A stretch of 64,000 bases of DNA from the human T2T-CHM13v2.0 reference genome, Homo sapiens, in the NCBI RefSeq assembly GCF_009914755.1, contig NC_060930.1; one strand, given 5' to 3'. The first letter of the stretch is position 1. Each line of letters starts with the position of its first letter. Shown here in pieces: positions 13,901 to 29,443 of this stretch. A program made the translations under genes and the position numbers. The notes under the pieces were generated by a model, which saw only the letters and a list, made by a program, of their open reading frames with translations, made no database searches and was not told the DNA's origin.

Positions 13901-14609
13901 ACATAGAAGAACAGGAATCAATTAGGTTATCATAATAACTTAATCAGTATGAAGAGGAAAATGGATGAGGTAGAAAGTATAGCAAGAGCTCAGAGGAGAA
14001 CATATTATCAACTGCCATGGTTGGCCTGGCTTCTTGCCAAGGAAAGAACAGAGGAAACAGAAGATAGAAAACAGGAGTTATGTTTACAGAAACCTCCCAT
14101 GAGGGGGCTGAAGGGAGATCTCAGGATGACAACTCATACAAGATACTGAGTCCTAGTCCAGATGGGAGCAATGTGACTCCAGAGATGGAATTTTTCACCA
14201 AGTTTCCCAGTGCCATGGTGCTGCCTTCTTCCCCGGAAGACAGCATGCCCAGGTGAGCCTGGGTTCTTGCTTTTGTGTCTTCACATCCCTGCCCTGTTCT
14301 CAACGTTCTTCTGCCTGCATCAGTGGAGGATGCCCATTAATCCATCTTTGTGATTTCTCCAAGGATATTTAGAGGTGAATTCATAACTATCGTCTATTTC
14401 CATCTAAGAAAATACAACTGTAAACTAAAAAATAATGATTCAGCTTTTTCCCTAGAGCTGTTTCCTCAGGCAACCTAATTAAGGATTAATCCTTTTACCC
14501 CAGTGCTCTCCCTAGGAAACCTCCAAATGACTTCAGGGGAATTTCATGTAGTTAATGGTTGCTGGATCTTTCTGAGTGAGTTATCATTAAAAATACATAT
14601 GTGCAAATA

Positions 14610-14642
14610 CCTAACCCTAACCCTTATCCTAACCCTTACCCT
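14610..14642. repeat. Short degenerate (CCCTAA)n tract
   Basis: cctaaccctaacccttatcctaacccttaccct. Confidence 0.6.
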
Positions 14643-14833
14643 CATCTGGTTTGCTAGTGGAAAACCTTGAGAATCATTTTAGACTGAAACACTTTCTTCT
14701 GGGTTAATTACCATCGTCCCCCAAGAAAAGCCATCAACTCTGACGTCCATTTTGGTTTCGGCAAAGCCAGTCTCGTTTAAATGATTCTTCACTGATAAGA
14801 ATTGGATGCTTCCCTCCTCTTTTCTGTCTGTAA

Positions 14834-15140
<307 letters not shown>

Positions 15141-15249
15141 TTGTCTGTAACTTAATATCTGTTTTGTCTTTTTTTTAAACTGATACCTTATATATAGCCT
15201 TCAAAATTAATATCTTGCCATGTTCACCTCTCATTCTGATTTTTTTTCC

Positions 15250-15352
15250 CAACCATTTACAAATGTAAAGAAGATGGTTAGTTTGTGAGCCATACAAAAA
15301 CAAGAGGCAAGAGGGATTTGCCTTGCAGGTTGTACTTTGTCCACCCCTGGTC
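15250..15352 (+). mobile_element. hAT-Charlie MER58-like terminal fragment
   Basis: aaccatttacaaatgtaaa...gccatacaaaaac...acccctgg. Confidence 0.65.
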
Positions 15353-15516
15353 TAGAATATTAAGGATTTTCTACATATTAATTCATAGTCTAAGGGATCC
15401 CAGAAATAGGAGCTGCTTGAGAAGATGTAGTCTGTGGTGTTGAAAATGACATACATCTAAAAGTATTTAGAATGTTTTTAATGATGGAATTCACCCTGCT
15501 GTGTCACTCTTTTATA

Positions 15517-15737
15517 CAGGTTGAGTAGTCCGAATCCAAAAATGCAAAATGCACCCAAATCTGAAACTTTTTGAGTGCTGACAGGACATGCTAAGGAGTT
15601 GCTCATTGGAGCATTTTGGATTTCAGATTTTTGGATTAGGGATGCTGAACTGGTAAATAGATCATGCAAAGATTCCAAAATCTGAAATTTGAGACGTTTC
15701 TGGTCCCAAGCATTTTGGATAATGAATACTCGACCAG
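15517..15737. mobile_element. Tigger4/MER46-like MITE
   Basis: TA followed by caggttgagta TIR; internal ggagcattttggatttcagatttttggattagggatgct; degenerate 3' TIR tactcgacc. Confidence 0.8.
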
Positions 15738-16354
15738 CCTTACAACAAATAAACCAAACAATTAAACAAAAATAACTAACATTTTGACATTAATCTTTGA
15801 ACAAGCATCTCTTCATGAATTTTCTATGTTTAAACAAATAGTTTTTAGCTAAAACACTTCTCTTACTCATAATTGAATATCTATACTTTGGATATTTTGT
15901 CATCTATACCCTTGGCTACAGCTCATTTTAAAATTATATTTTTTACTCTATTGCCACTTCACTATATTTAGACATTGAAATTTAAACTGTAATCTTATCT
16001 TTATTTAATGGGAAATAATGTATGTATGGGAAATTAAAAGTTAAAAATGACTGTGAAAAAATAATTGTATTATTGAGCTGAAAGGGTTCATTTCTGGAGT
16101 CTCCATCCAAATCCAAGCCTAGAATCATATACAATTCCCTTATAATTATCTTCTGAAATTTATGGTATAAAAGATGCTAATAATATATTAAATTTCTTAT
16201 AGGAATTATAACCACAAATTATTGAAACTCCCTAGTACCTAACACTGTTGTTAATAAGGCATTTCTCAGCACATTGTAGGTTTACTTTAGCCTAATGAAA
16301 AAGCTATGATTCCAATATGTATTGATATATAATTATTTAAATAATTTAGTATCT

Positions 16355-16660
<306 letters not shown>

Positions 16661-16882
16661 AATTTAATAGCTAAACAATAAATTGGTTTCTTCTAGTCTA
16701 AAATGTGAGTTAATATATAATGAATGTATATTTATTCATTTCTTGATCTGAAGTAAATCTCTATTAAACAATACACATAAAAAGCCTTGAAACCAAAAAT
16801 GGTCATTTACTTCAAAATAGTTAGATATGCAGGTCAAACGTTATTGGATATGTATTTGAATAACTTTCAAATTCCTTATGCT

Positions 16883-17216
<334 letters not shown>

Positions 17217-17779
17217 TTACTATGTAACAATTTAATCAAACTATGTACATAGCTATGTTTTGCCTCATTAATTATCTTAAAAATAAATATACATCTGTGT
17301 CTTACTTTAAAGACATTATACTTTGGTAAAAATATTAGGCAGAGAAATTTGTCTGTGCAGTCCTGTAATTGCAGAAAAATAAAAAGAAAATGTTATTCTT
17401 TGAAATTGCTTTAAGTTTTGTAAGTTTTCTCCACCGAGAAAAATATATCAATATGAAAGGATTTAACAGTGAGCACTACAGATGTATTATTGCAGTGTTC
17501 ATTTTTCTTTGACAATTCTATGAGGCATCACATCAATCATTTAGATTAAAAAATTGAGTTTCAGAAAGATGCTTGGCTATTACATGGCCGATGGCAGTTT
17601 GACATTCGAATTCAGGTCTGTGTGGCTCTAACCCAACAGATGTTTCACCGCGCAGGGGTCTGATTGTGAACCAGAGGAACGGACACGTGGCTCTAGAGGG
17701 TTCAGCAGAAGGGTGCCCTCCTGGCGGTGGTAGAGAGGTGTTTGAGCTGGGCCTTGAGTCGATGATATTTGAGCAGATG

Positions 17780-18150
17780 GGCCAAGTTTTCCTGCTGCAA
17801 TAGGCAACCCTGAAATTTCAGCGTCTTAACACCAAAACTTCTTTCTTGTAAACTGCAAAACCCGAACCCCTCTGTGGGACCCAGCGCCCCTCCAGGGCAG
17901 CTGTCCGGTAGGCGGCGGCTGAGACCTGGCTGCTGGACTTTCCAGTTTCTCCACACCCACACTGGCGTTTCCACAGGCACTGAGGCAAGGAAAGACGGGG
18001 CTGGACTGTCGCTCCTGGCTCCTGCACACTTCCATACGGAAGTGACACGCCGGCTCCTCTGCCATTGCATTCACCAGAACTAGTCACGTGGCCACGCCCG
18101 CCTTCACAGGGCGGAAGGTGAAATTCCGTGTGCTTAGGAGAGGACAATTC
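17780..18150. mobile_element. Ancient MLT1-type MaLR LTR, CpG-rich, with TF motif cluster
   Basis: MLT1J/K-like motifs (gaagtgacac...ccagaactagtcacgtggccac). ETS CGGAAGT at 18037-18043, E-box GTCACGTG at 18083-18090, KLF/SP GCCACGCCC at 18091-18099. Confidence 0.6.
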
Positions 18151-18892
18151 AAACGGGTGTCCAGCAGAGATGGTCAGGACCTCAGCCCGCAGCTATGAGA
18201 AGGGGTCCTCCGGGTGGAGGGAAGAGTCTAGCCCCGCAGGCGAGGCGGGGAAGCAGAGGCGTGCTTCCAAGACGTCCAGAGGCGCGATCAGGTGAACTCA
18301 GAGAGGGAAAGCAACTGGGAAGCAGGTCATGGGGAGGGAGACACAGAGCACTTGTCTTCTCCTTCCTATAGAATATGTAGTTGAAACACTCACAACATAT
18401 AATCTACCAAATTCATCATAGATGACTTATTGCAATGAAAACAATTATAATACTATATTGCTGTGGTTTTTTTGGGGGGTGGGGTGCTATGTAGTATTAC
18501 ATATATGTATGGCTTTGAAAGCCTCCAAAGACTTTAGAAGTTTACTGCAATATTCTGAACAAATGGAAGCTCTAATGTAGCGCCCTTTAATAATTAAAAA
18601 TATGCATAAAATGTTAAAATTGAATGATTTTTCTTTTTTTCCAGAAGGGCGAATACTTCTGTATGGTTTCCGACATGCAGGACTACTTAAAAAAAAAAAA
18701 GAAAACTTTTCTGGACTTCCTTTTTTCTCATGTACATTTTTAACCCCTGCAGTGCCAACATTCAAATGAAGAATGAAAACATTTCTATGTGAATGCATAC
18801 TTGGAGAGAACATTCATATGCCTTACTTTAATTTTATCCTTATAACAGCTCTGTAAGGTGGGCAGTGAAGGTCTGTTGCCATCATCATGTTT

Positions 18893-19195
18893 CTTTTTTC
18901 TTTTTTTTTTTTTTGAGACAGAGTCTTGCTCTGTTGCCCAGGCTGGAGTGCAGTGGCGCTATCTCGGCTCATGCAAGCTCCACCTCCTGGGTTCATGCCA
19001 TTTTCCTGCCTCAGCCTCCCAAGTAGCTGGGACTACAGGCACCCACCACCACGCCCGGCTAATTTTTTTGTGTTTTTAGTAGAGACAGGGTTTCACCATA
19101 TTAGCCAGGATGGTCTCGATCTCCTGACCTCGTGATGTGCCTGCCTCGGCCTCCCAAAGTGCTGGGATTACAGGCTTGAGCCACCGCGCCCAGCC
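18893..19195 (-). mobile_element. AluY-like, inserted in a MIR (~18810-19320)
   Basis: gcaagctcc...gggttcatgccatt and ttagccaggatggtctcgatctcc; TSD atcatgttt. Confidence 0.95.
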
Positions 19196-19953
19196 ATCAT
19201 GTTTATTTTTCACTTGAGGAAACTGAGTCTCAGACCTGTACAGACCCTTCACTGCCCTACAATTAGTGTAAGAGATGGAGCTCAAGGTTGGGAACTGTGG
19301 CGCTTAACCCAAGACTACTTTCCCACGACAATGTCTCTGACCACAGAGAGTCGATCTCTGTGCTAGTTAGGAATTGGTGGAAAGTTTCCCCTAGGAGAAA
19401 GGAGGTGTGTGACACTGGGAGAGTCTCAAGGTCAAACCTACAAGGTCATCTGAGCCAGTGATTCTCGAACTCAACTGAACATCAGAGTCACTCAGGGAGA
19501 CTGAGAATAAAAGATTGTTGGACTTGCCCTGAGACTCTGATTCTCTGTGTCTGCCACTGAGTTGAAGGGATGTGTATGCTGAAACAGTTTTCTGAAACTT
19601 GAACAGTGTCTTGATATTTGATGACTTTAAGGAATTATTGTCATTTTTCAAAGTATGAAAACGATATGAAGAAAATATATTTTTAAAGAGTGTCTTCTGA
19701 AGATACATCTGCAACATTTACTAATGAAATTATGTAAAGTCTGATTTGTGTTTAAAAATAATCCAGGAGCGGAGGGAGAGGGAAGGGGATAAATGAAACA
19801 GGCTGTGACAACTGAAGCCAGGTGGTGAGTGGGGAGTGGGGACAGGGACTTCCTCTGGCATTCTATTCGTATTCGATACTATTCGTATCACTGCACATTT
19901 GTATAACAAAAATGTTGCAAGAAAAGCTCCCCAGGAAATTCTGATGATCACCC

Positions 19954-20039
19954 ATTGGATCATTGATCTAATCCAACCACATAACTATAATTACAGATTG
20001 GATCATTGATCTAATCCAACCACATAACTATAATTACAG
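19954..20039. repeat. Perfect 43-bp tandem duplication
   Basis: ATTGGATCATTGATCTAATCCAACCACATAACTATAATTACAG at 19954-19996 and 19997-20039. Confidence 0.98.
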
Positions 20040-20720
20040 AGGTTCCCTGTACACTGCCATGTCTGCTGTATTGCTACATTCTAGCTGTATTGTTCGAGGT
20101 CACTCACCTGTTTGCCCTTCTCTGCAGTGGTGGTAAAATCAGGAAATAGTTTTACCAAAACAGGGCATTGGAATATAGACAAGTGTAGGTGAGTCATGAG
20201 CAGGGGACACTTCTGGGCCTCAGATTTCTCATCTGTGGTTTGTCTCAAACTCAGAGACAGGTTTTCAGATCCCCTCTTGAGTCCACTCTCTTTCCTTCTT
20301 TTACAGGAACTTTCTCTCTCAGGCAATTTTCTCCTTTTCTTTCTCAGGTGACTTTCAGCATTTCCTTTTTGAGCTTTACCTTAGAGTTGCCTTATGGTTT
20401 ATTCAGGTGCAAATTGACTTCCATGTGTCCTGCTTGATATTTGAAAGCACTTTTAATTTTAAGACTGTTATGCTTCTTACATTCTGGAAAATTCCCAGCG
20501 ATCATCTCTTTAATTATGCCTCTCCATCATTCTCTCTAATCCTCTGGAATTCTGACGAGATGAGATTAACTCCCTCAGCCTACAGCTCTTGCTCCTTAAG
20601 ATCTCTCGCTTTTATAAATCTTTTTTTCTTTCCACTCATTTTACTTTCCAGATGCATTTCTCAGCTTTTTTCTTTTCGATTGGATTTCTTTATGTTCTTG
20701 TTTTATTATTTCTGCCAGTC

Positions 20721-21321
<601 letters not shown>

Positions 21322-21334
21322 CCCACCCCCCCTT

Positions 21335-21608
21335 ATTTTTTTTTTTAGAGTCAGGGTACATATGCAGGTTTGTTACGTGGATTTACTGTGTGATGCTGAG
21401 GTTTGGGCCTTGATCGAACCCCTCACCCAAAGAGTGAACACAGTTCCCAGTAGGCAGTTCTTCTCTCCTTGCCCCTTTCTCCCTCCCATGGACTCCACTG
21501 CCCACCGTTTCCATCCCTATGTCCCTGTGTCCACAGTGTGTAGCTCCCACTTAGGAGAATATGCAGTATTTGGTTTTCTGCTTCTGTGTTAATTCAGTTA
21601 GGATAATA
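21335..21608 (-). mobile_element. 5'-truncated L1PB-like 3' end
   Basis: gggtacatatgcaggtttgttac...gatgctgaggtttggg...gagaatatgcagtatttggttttctg. Confidence 0.85.
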
Positions 21609-23507
21609 TATTTCTGCCAGTTCTTCATAACTTCTTATCCCTTTTGATGCATGTTATTCCTGCATACATTTCTTCAAGGTTTCCAAACATGTTTATTTTA
21701 AAGCTCTTTTCAGAATGGTTGCTGATTCGGGTGGCCCCTTAGCATTTGCTGTGTTCACGTGCATGGTAATTATTTCTTTGCCAGCTCATCGTAAGTGGGA
21801 GATTCTCTCTCTACTGTCTATCTTTCTCAGTGTCTCTCTGCTCACACCTCTGCTTAACAAAGGCACCTCGTCCGTGTGGGGCCCTCGTCCAGGAACAAGC
21901 TGTGTTGCCGTGGTTGAAGGCATCAGATGCAGTTACTTGCTGCATGGCAGTTCCTGGCAGGGGGCCACATGCACGTTTTCTCTTCCCGCAGACACATGGC
22001 TTCATGTCAGTTGTGCCGGCAGCTGCAGTTGGCAGCAGCTTCCTCTCCTCTCATGAGCACCTGTGGTCCCCATCATAGTCCCCACTGCCCAACAAGCGCC
22101 CCGCTCCTCGCAGGATCTGCCTTTGGGTTCCAGACTCCAGCAGGACATTTCCTTCAGCTCCTTCTCACCATCATGCATCTCCATCCCAACACTGATCCTC
22201 AGCCGTGCCCATGCTGTTTCAAGTCTCCTACAGTTTTACGTTTTCCCTCTTTATTTGTCATCTACCATTGGCATATATTTAGAGCAGGTATGTGCGTGTG
22301 GTAAGGGTGCTTCAGGGTACATGTTTATAGAACCATCTTAGCGGAAGTCCTTAGGCCAGGTTTCTCCTTTCTCATAGAACTACTGCAAATGTTGAAAGCA
22401 CTTGAAAAAATGTCTAAGCTGCACTCTATTTTCAAAAACAAGCAAAACCCTGTAACTTGGTAATTTTTATTTCCAGAGACACTAGCGGATAAAGAAAATA
22501 TTTTTCTTGGGAGAAGTCCTTGGGTATTCCATTCATTGGTTTGCCATGAACAACACATTTTTCAACACTTTTTTGTTTCTATTATTTTTACTGCTGGTAA
22601 ATAGCATGTTAATAGTACATTCCCCTTCATTTAACATTTTTATTTGTTAAAATAAAATTTAATGGGAGTTTGCATTTCAAAATACTAGTTTCCTAGCAAA
22701 ATTTATACATTCAGCATATATTATATATTATACATATAATTTTCTAGCAGAAAAGGGCATAAGATGTAAAAAATAATAGTTGATATATTTGTACCCTTTG
22801 CTCTTCTCAGGTGTATAAAGTTCCTCCTCTTTTCCCTAGTACTTTCTATATTATAGAACCTGTGAAAACTGGGGAGGGAATTAGGTTTATGACATTTAGT
22901 TCATTTTAGCACCTGGTTTCCATAACGCCTCCTAAATGTTTCTGGCCTTTGTTCTATTAATGACAGCGAGATCATAGAGTCATATTAAAGTTGCTCAGTA
23001 GGTCAAGCCCTCTCTTTTAGGGATGAGGCAAGCACAATTCTTTCTTCTTCTAGACCCATTGTTTAGAACTGTACCTTTTATTATCAAGAAAAAAGGTGAA
23101 AGGCTGGATGGAAAACCTCCACGGCCTCCGGACTGTGGACTCTCTACCCTTGTAAAGACCACTCACCTGAGTAAAGTCTAGTCTCAGCCGCTGGGACTAG
23201 ACTAGCTGTAGAAGCTGTGTGCTGGGTACCCCTACCCCGCACCCCAGTACACAGCCATCTTCAATCTAGCCAATAAGCGTTTATTAAACATCCACTAGGT
23301 ACAAAAAACTGTGCTCTCTGCTAGAAGCGGGGCACGGAATCAAACATCAGTAAGATGGGTCCCCAACACCACGGGGAACAGAACTCGTGAGGAAAAAGGC
23401 ACATTCAGAATTTCAAGTCAAAACCAAATTCAAGGTAGCAGCTAAAATCAAAGTGCCAAGTGTTAAGGGATCAGGAAAATATGGGGAGATGGCAACAAAA
23501 GAACTAG

Positions 23508-23818
<311 letters not shown>

Positions 23819-24163
23819 AGTTGATCGGTTTTCAAAGTGGGAAACCGAAACTGACGAAATGGGCCACTGGACGGAGAAATTCTGGAAGTGAGAGCACTTC
23901 CAGAGCAGCATGCAGCGACACCTCGCACGGCTGAGGATGGACAGAATGCGGAAAGGAGGACAAGGAGGCAGGCAGGGGAGACGCCCTTTCACAAATCTAC
24001 TCACAGCCTGATATTCTTTCATTATTTTCAGGATATATATGATCACATTTTAACTTAGTCTGCAACATGTACTGAATAAAAAGAAGATAGTGCAAAGCAA
24101 TTCTCCAACACAGTAAAAGGTAAGTGACCCATGTTTACGGTATAATCCCCTTCTAATACCTTC

Positions 24164-24166
<3 letters not shown>

Positions 24167-24203
<37 letters not shown>
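24167..24203. repeat. (CA)n microsatellite
   Basis: About 18 perfect AC units. Confidence 0.98.
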
Positions 24204-24204
<1 letters not shown>

Positions 24205-24229
24205 CCATTTCATTTCTTTGCATTCAGTG

Positions 24230-24620
24230 TGTATTAGTCCATTCCATTCTTGCATTGCTATAAAGAAATACCTGAGACTAGGTAATTTATAAAGAAAAGA
24301 GGTTTAATTGGCTCATGGTTCTGCAGGCTGTACAGGAAGCATGGCTGGGGAGGCCTCAGGAAACTTACAATCATGGCAGAAGGCAAAGGGGAAGCAGACA
24401 TGTCTTACCTGGCTGGAACAGGAGGAAGCTGGGGAAGGGAGGTACCACACACTTTTAAACAACAAGATTTAGTGAGAACTCCATCACCAGAATAGCACCA
24501 AAGGAGGAAATCCGCCCCCATGATCCAATCCAATCACCTCCTCCTAGGCCCCATCTCCAACATTGGAGATTACAATCTGACATGAGATTCAGCTTTGGCA
24601 TACAGATCTAAACCATATCA
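24230..24620 (-). mobile_element. MSTA-like MaLR solo LTR
   Basis: tgtattagtcc...aaaccatatca; perfect 5-bp TSD CAGTG at 24225-24229 and 24621-24625. Confidence 0.92.
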
Positions 24621-25882
24621 CAGTGTAAATATGTTGTTTGTGTATTTCAGATTTAGCTTTTTCCTTCCAGTAGCATCTTAGTTTATAAAATGCCAGAGAA
24701 CATGTCTTTCTGGGTTGGTAAGATTATATACATATATATTTTAAATAAGTACGATTAAATTCCCATTTTAAGGGCTGTTTATAGCACTAATTTCTGTGTA
24801 AAAACTCACTTCCTGAAAGTTCTAACCTAAAATGTGACTAAATATTAGGAACACGGGAAAGCAATGAAGGAAGCAGAGTTGAAAGATATATTTCTTCATT
24901 TTCCAATAAAGTAGCACATACCCTACTTATGAAAAACTCATCCTCTAGAATTTTTTTTGCTTGTTTGTTTAAAAAATGAAATTAACAACACTGGCCTTTC
25001 TAGCAATGGGTTAAGCAAAGGAGAGTTTGGTTATTTAACTTTATAGATCAACTAATTAGATTAACTTTCACATGCATGGGCTACTATAGAAGGCTGCCTG
25101 CCCTAGAAGGTCTGCTATTGGACCTTTATTAAATCCTTTTCCTTTACTTTTTTTGCTAAAGACCATCCTCTAAATTGATATATCTACTAAAAGGACTTGT
25201 AAGATGATTTATACAGTAATATTGACACTTTTCAAAATTTGATTAATTTAATAAAATATGGAATTTATTGGTGGCTAGAAAATTAAATGACCTAGGGTAC
25301 TAAATATAGTTGATATAGTTAAACATAGTTGATATATTTGTATCTTTTTTTTTTTAGATGTATTAATCTTTTCCCTGGTACCTACTATTTTCTAGAGGCT
25401 GTGAAAATTGGGGCAGGAAAAGGTTTATTTCATGTGGCTGGTCTCAGAACCTGGTTTTCATAATATTTCGAAAAAAATTTTAAAGTAAGTGCAAAGTTTA
25501 ATCAGAAATTCAAAAATATTATTACTTTCTGTCCTCATATTTATTCCTATTATGTGATACTTCTTTTTTTAAGAGACAGTCTTGCTCTGTTGTCCTCTAT
25601 TACCTGGTACTTTTAGGTTTTACGTAGATTTTGGTTTTAGATAGGAGATACTTAAAAATATTAGTATACCAGTGCTGATTGAAATAGAAGCTGTAAAACT
25701 TTTTGAACAGTGCAACTAACAATAATATACGTTTAAAAGGAAAACTAAAATTATAAAGTAGAAACTTGAATTTTCAAAAACCGACTTATAGATTAAAAAG
25801 GTCTTTTTCAACCTCGCCCAGTGCAGGTTTGTTTAGCTTCAGTCCAGTCCTTTATCTTGCATTTCAGTCTCACCATGTATAA

Positions 25883-29000
<3,118 letters not shown>

Positions 29001-29004
29001 GCGG

Positions 29005-29160
29005 CCCGGAGGTGCGGCGGCGCCGCGCGGGGCGGCGGCGCGCACGGCGGGCGGCGGCGCGCACGGCGGCGGGCGGGGCGCGGGCGGGTGCGGGCGGCGG
29101 GCGGCGGGCGCCGGGCGCACACCGGCCGGCGGGGCTGAGGCGGCGCGGCGCGGCGCGGAC
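29005..29160 (+). repeat. Imperfect (GGC/GGGC)n low-complexity tract, G-quadruplex-prone, at the AFDN 5' end
   Basis: gcggcggcgccgcgcggggcggcggcgcgcacggcgggcggcggcg...gggcggggcgcgggcggg. Confidence 0.8.
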
Positions 29161-29338
29161 TGAGCCCCAGGCGGAGGCCAAGTCGGAGGACGCGGCGCGG
29201 CCGCGGAGGCGGAGGCAGCCGCGGAGGCGGAGGCGGCCGGCGGGGGGTGGCGAGGGGCGCCGGGCCCCCGCGGACCTGTCGTCCTCGGCCCGTCCTCCGG
29301 CCCCGGCCCCGCGCGGCTGAGGAGGCGCGGCCAGGACC

Positions 29339-29443
29339 ATGTCGGCGGGCGGCCGTGACGAGGAGCGGCGGAAGCTGGCCGACATCATCCACCACTGGAA
29401 CGCCAACCGGCTGGACCTGTTCGAGATCAGCCAGCCGACCGAG
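29339..29443 (+). CDS. AFDN: Afadin (AF6/MLLT4) first coding exon, 35 codons: MSAGGRDEERRKLADIIHHWNANRLDLFEISQPTE
   Basis: Recognised afadin N-terminus; Kozak context accATG; phase-0 donor GAG|GTGAGC at 29444. Confidence 0.98.

Noticed and set aside
17482-17640. Possible S1 exon (CIIAVFIFL*QFYEASHQSFRL)
   Set aside because: The sequence looks like a reverse MIR fragment, and the implied intron would be only ~62 nt.
25515-25606. Possible S6 segment (YYFLSSYLFLLC)
   Set aside because: AT-rich DNA gives hydrophobic translations by chance. It lies only ~30 nt after a donor and includes an Alu-like fragment.
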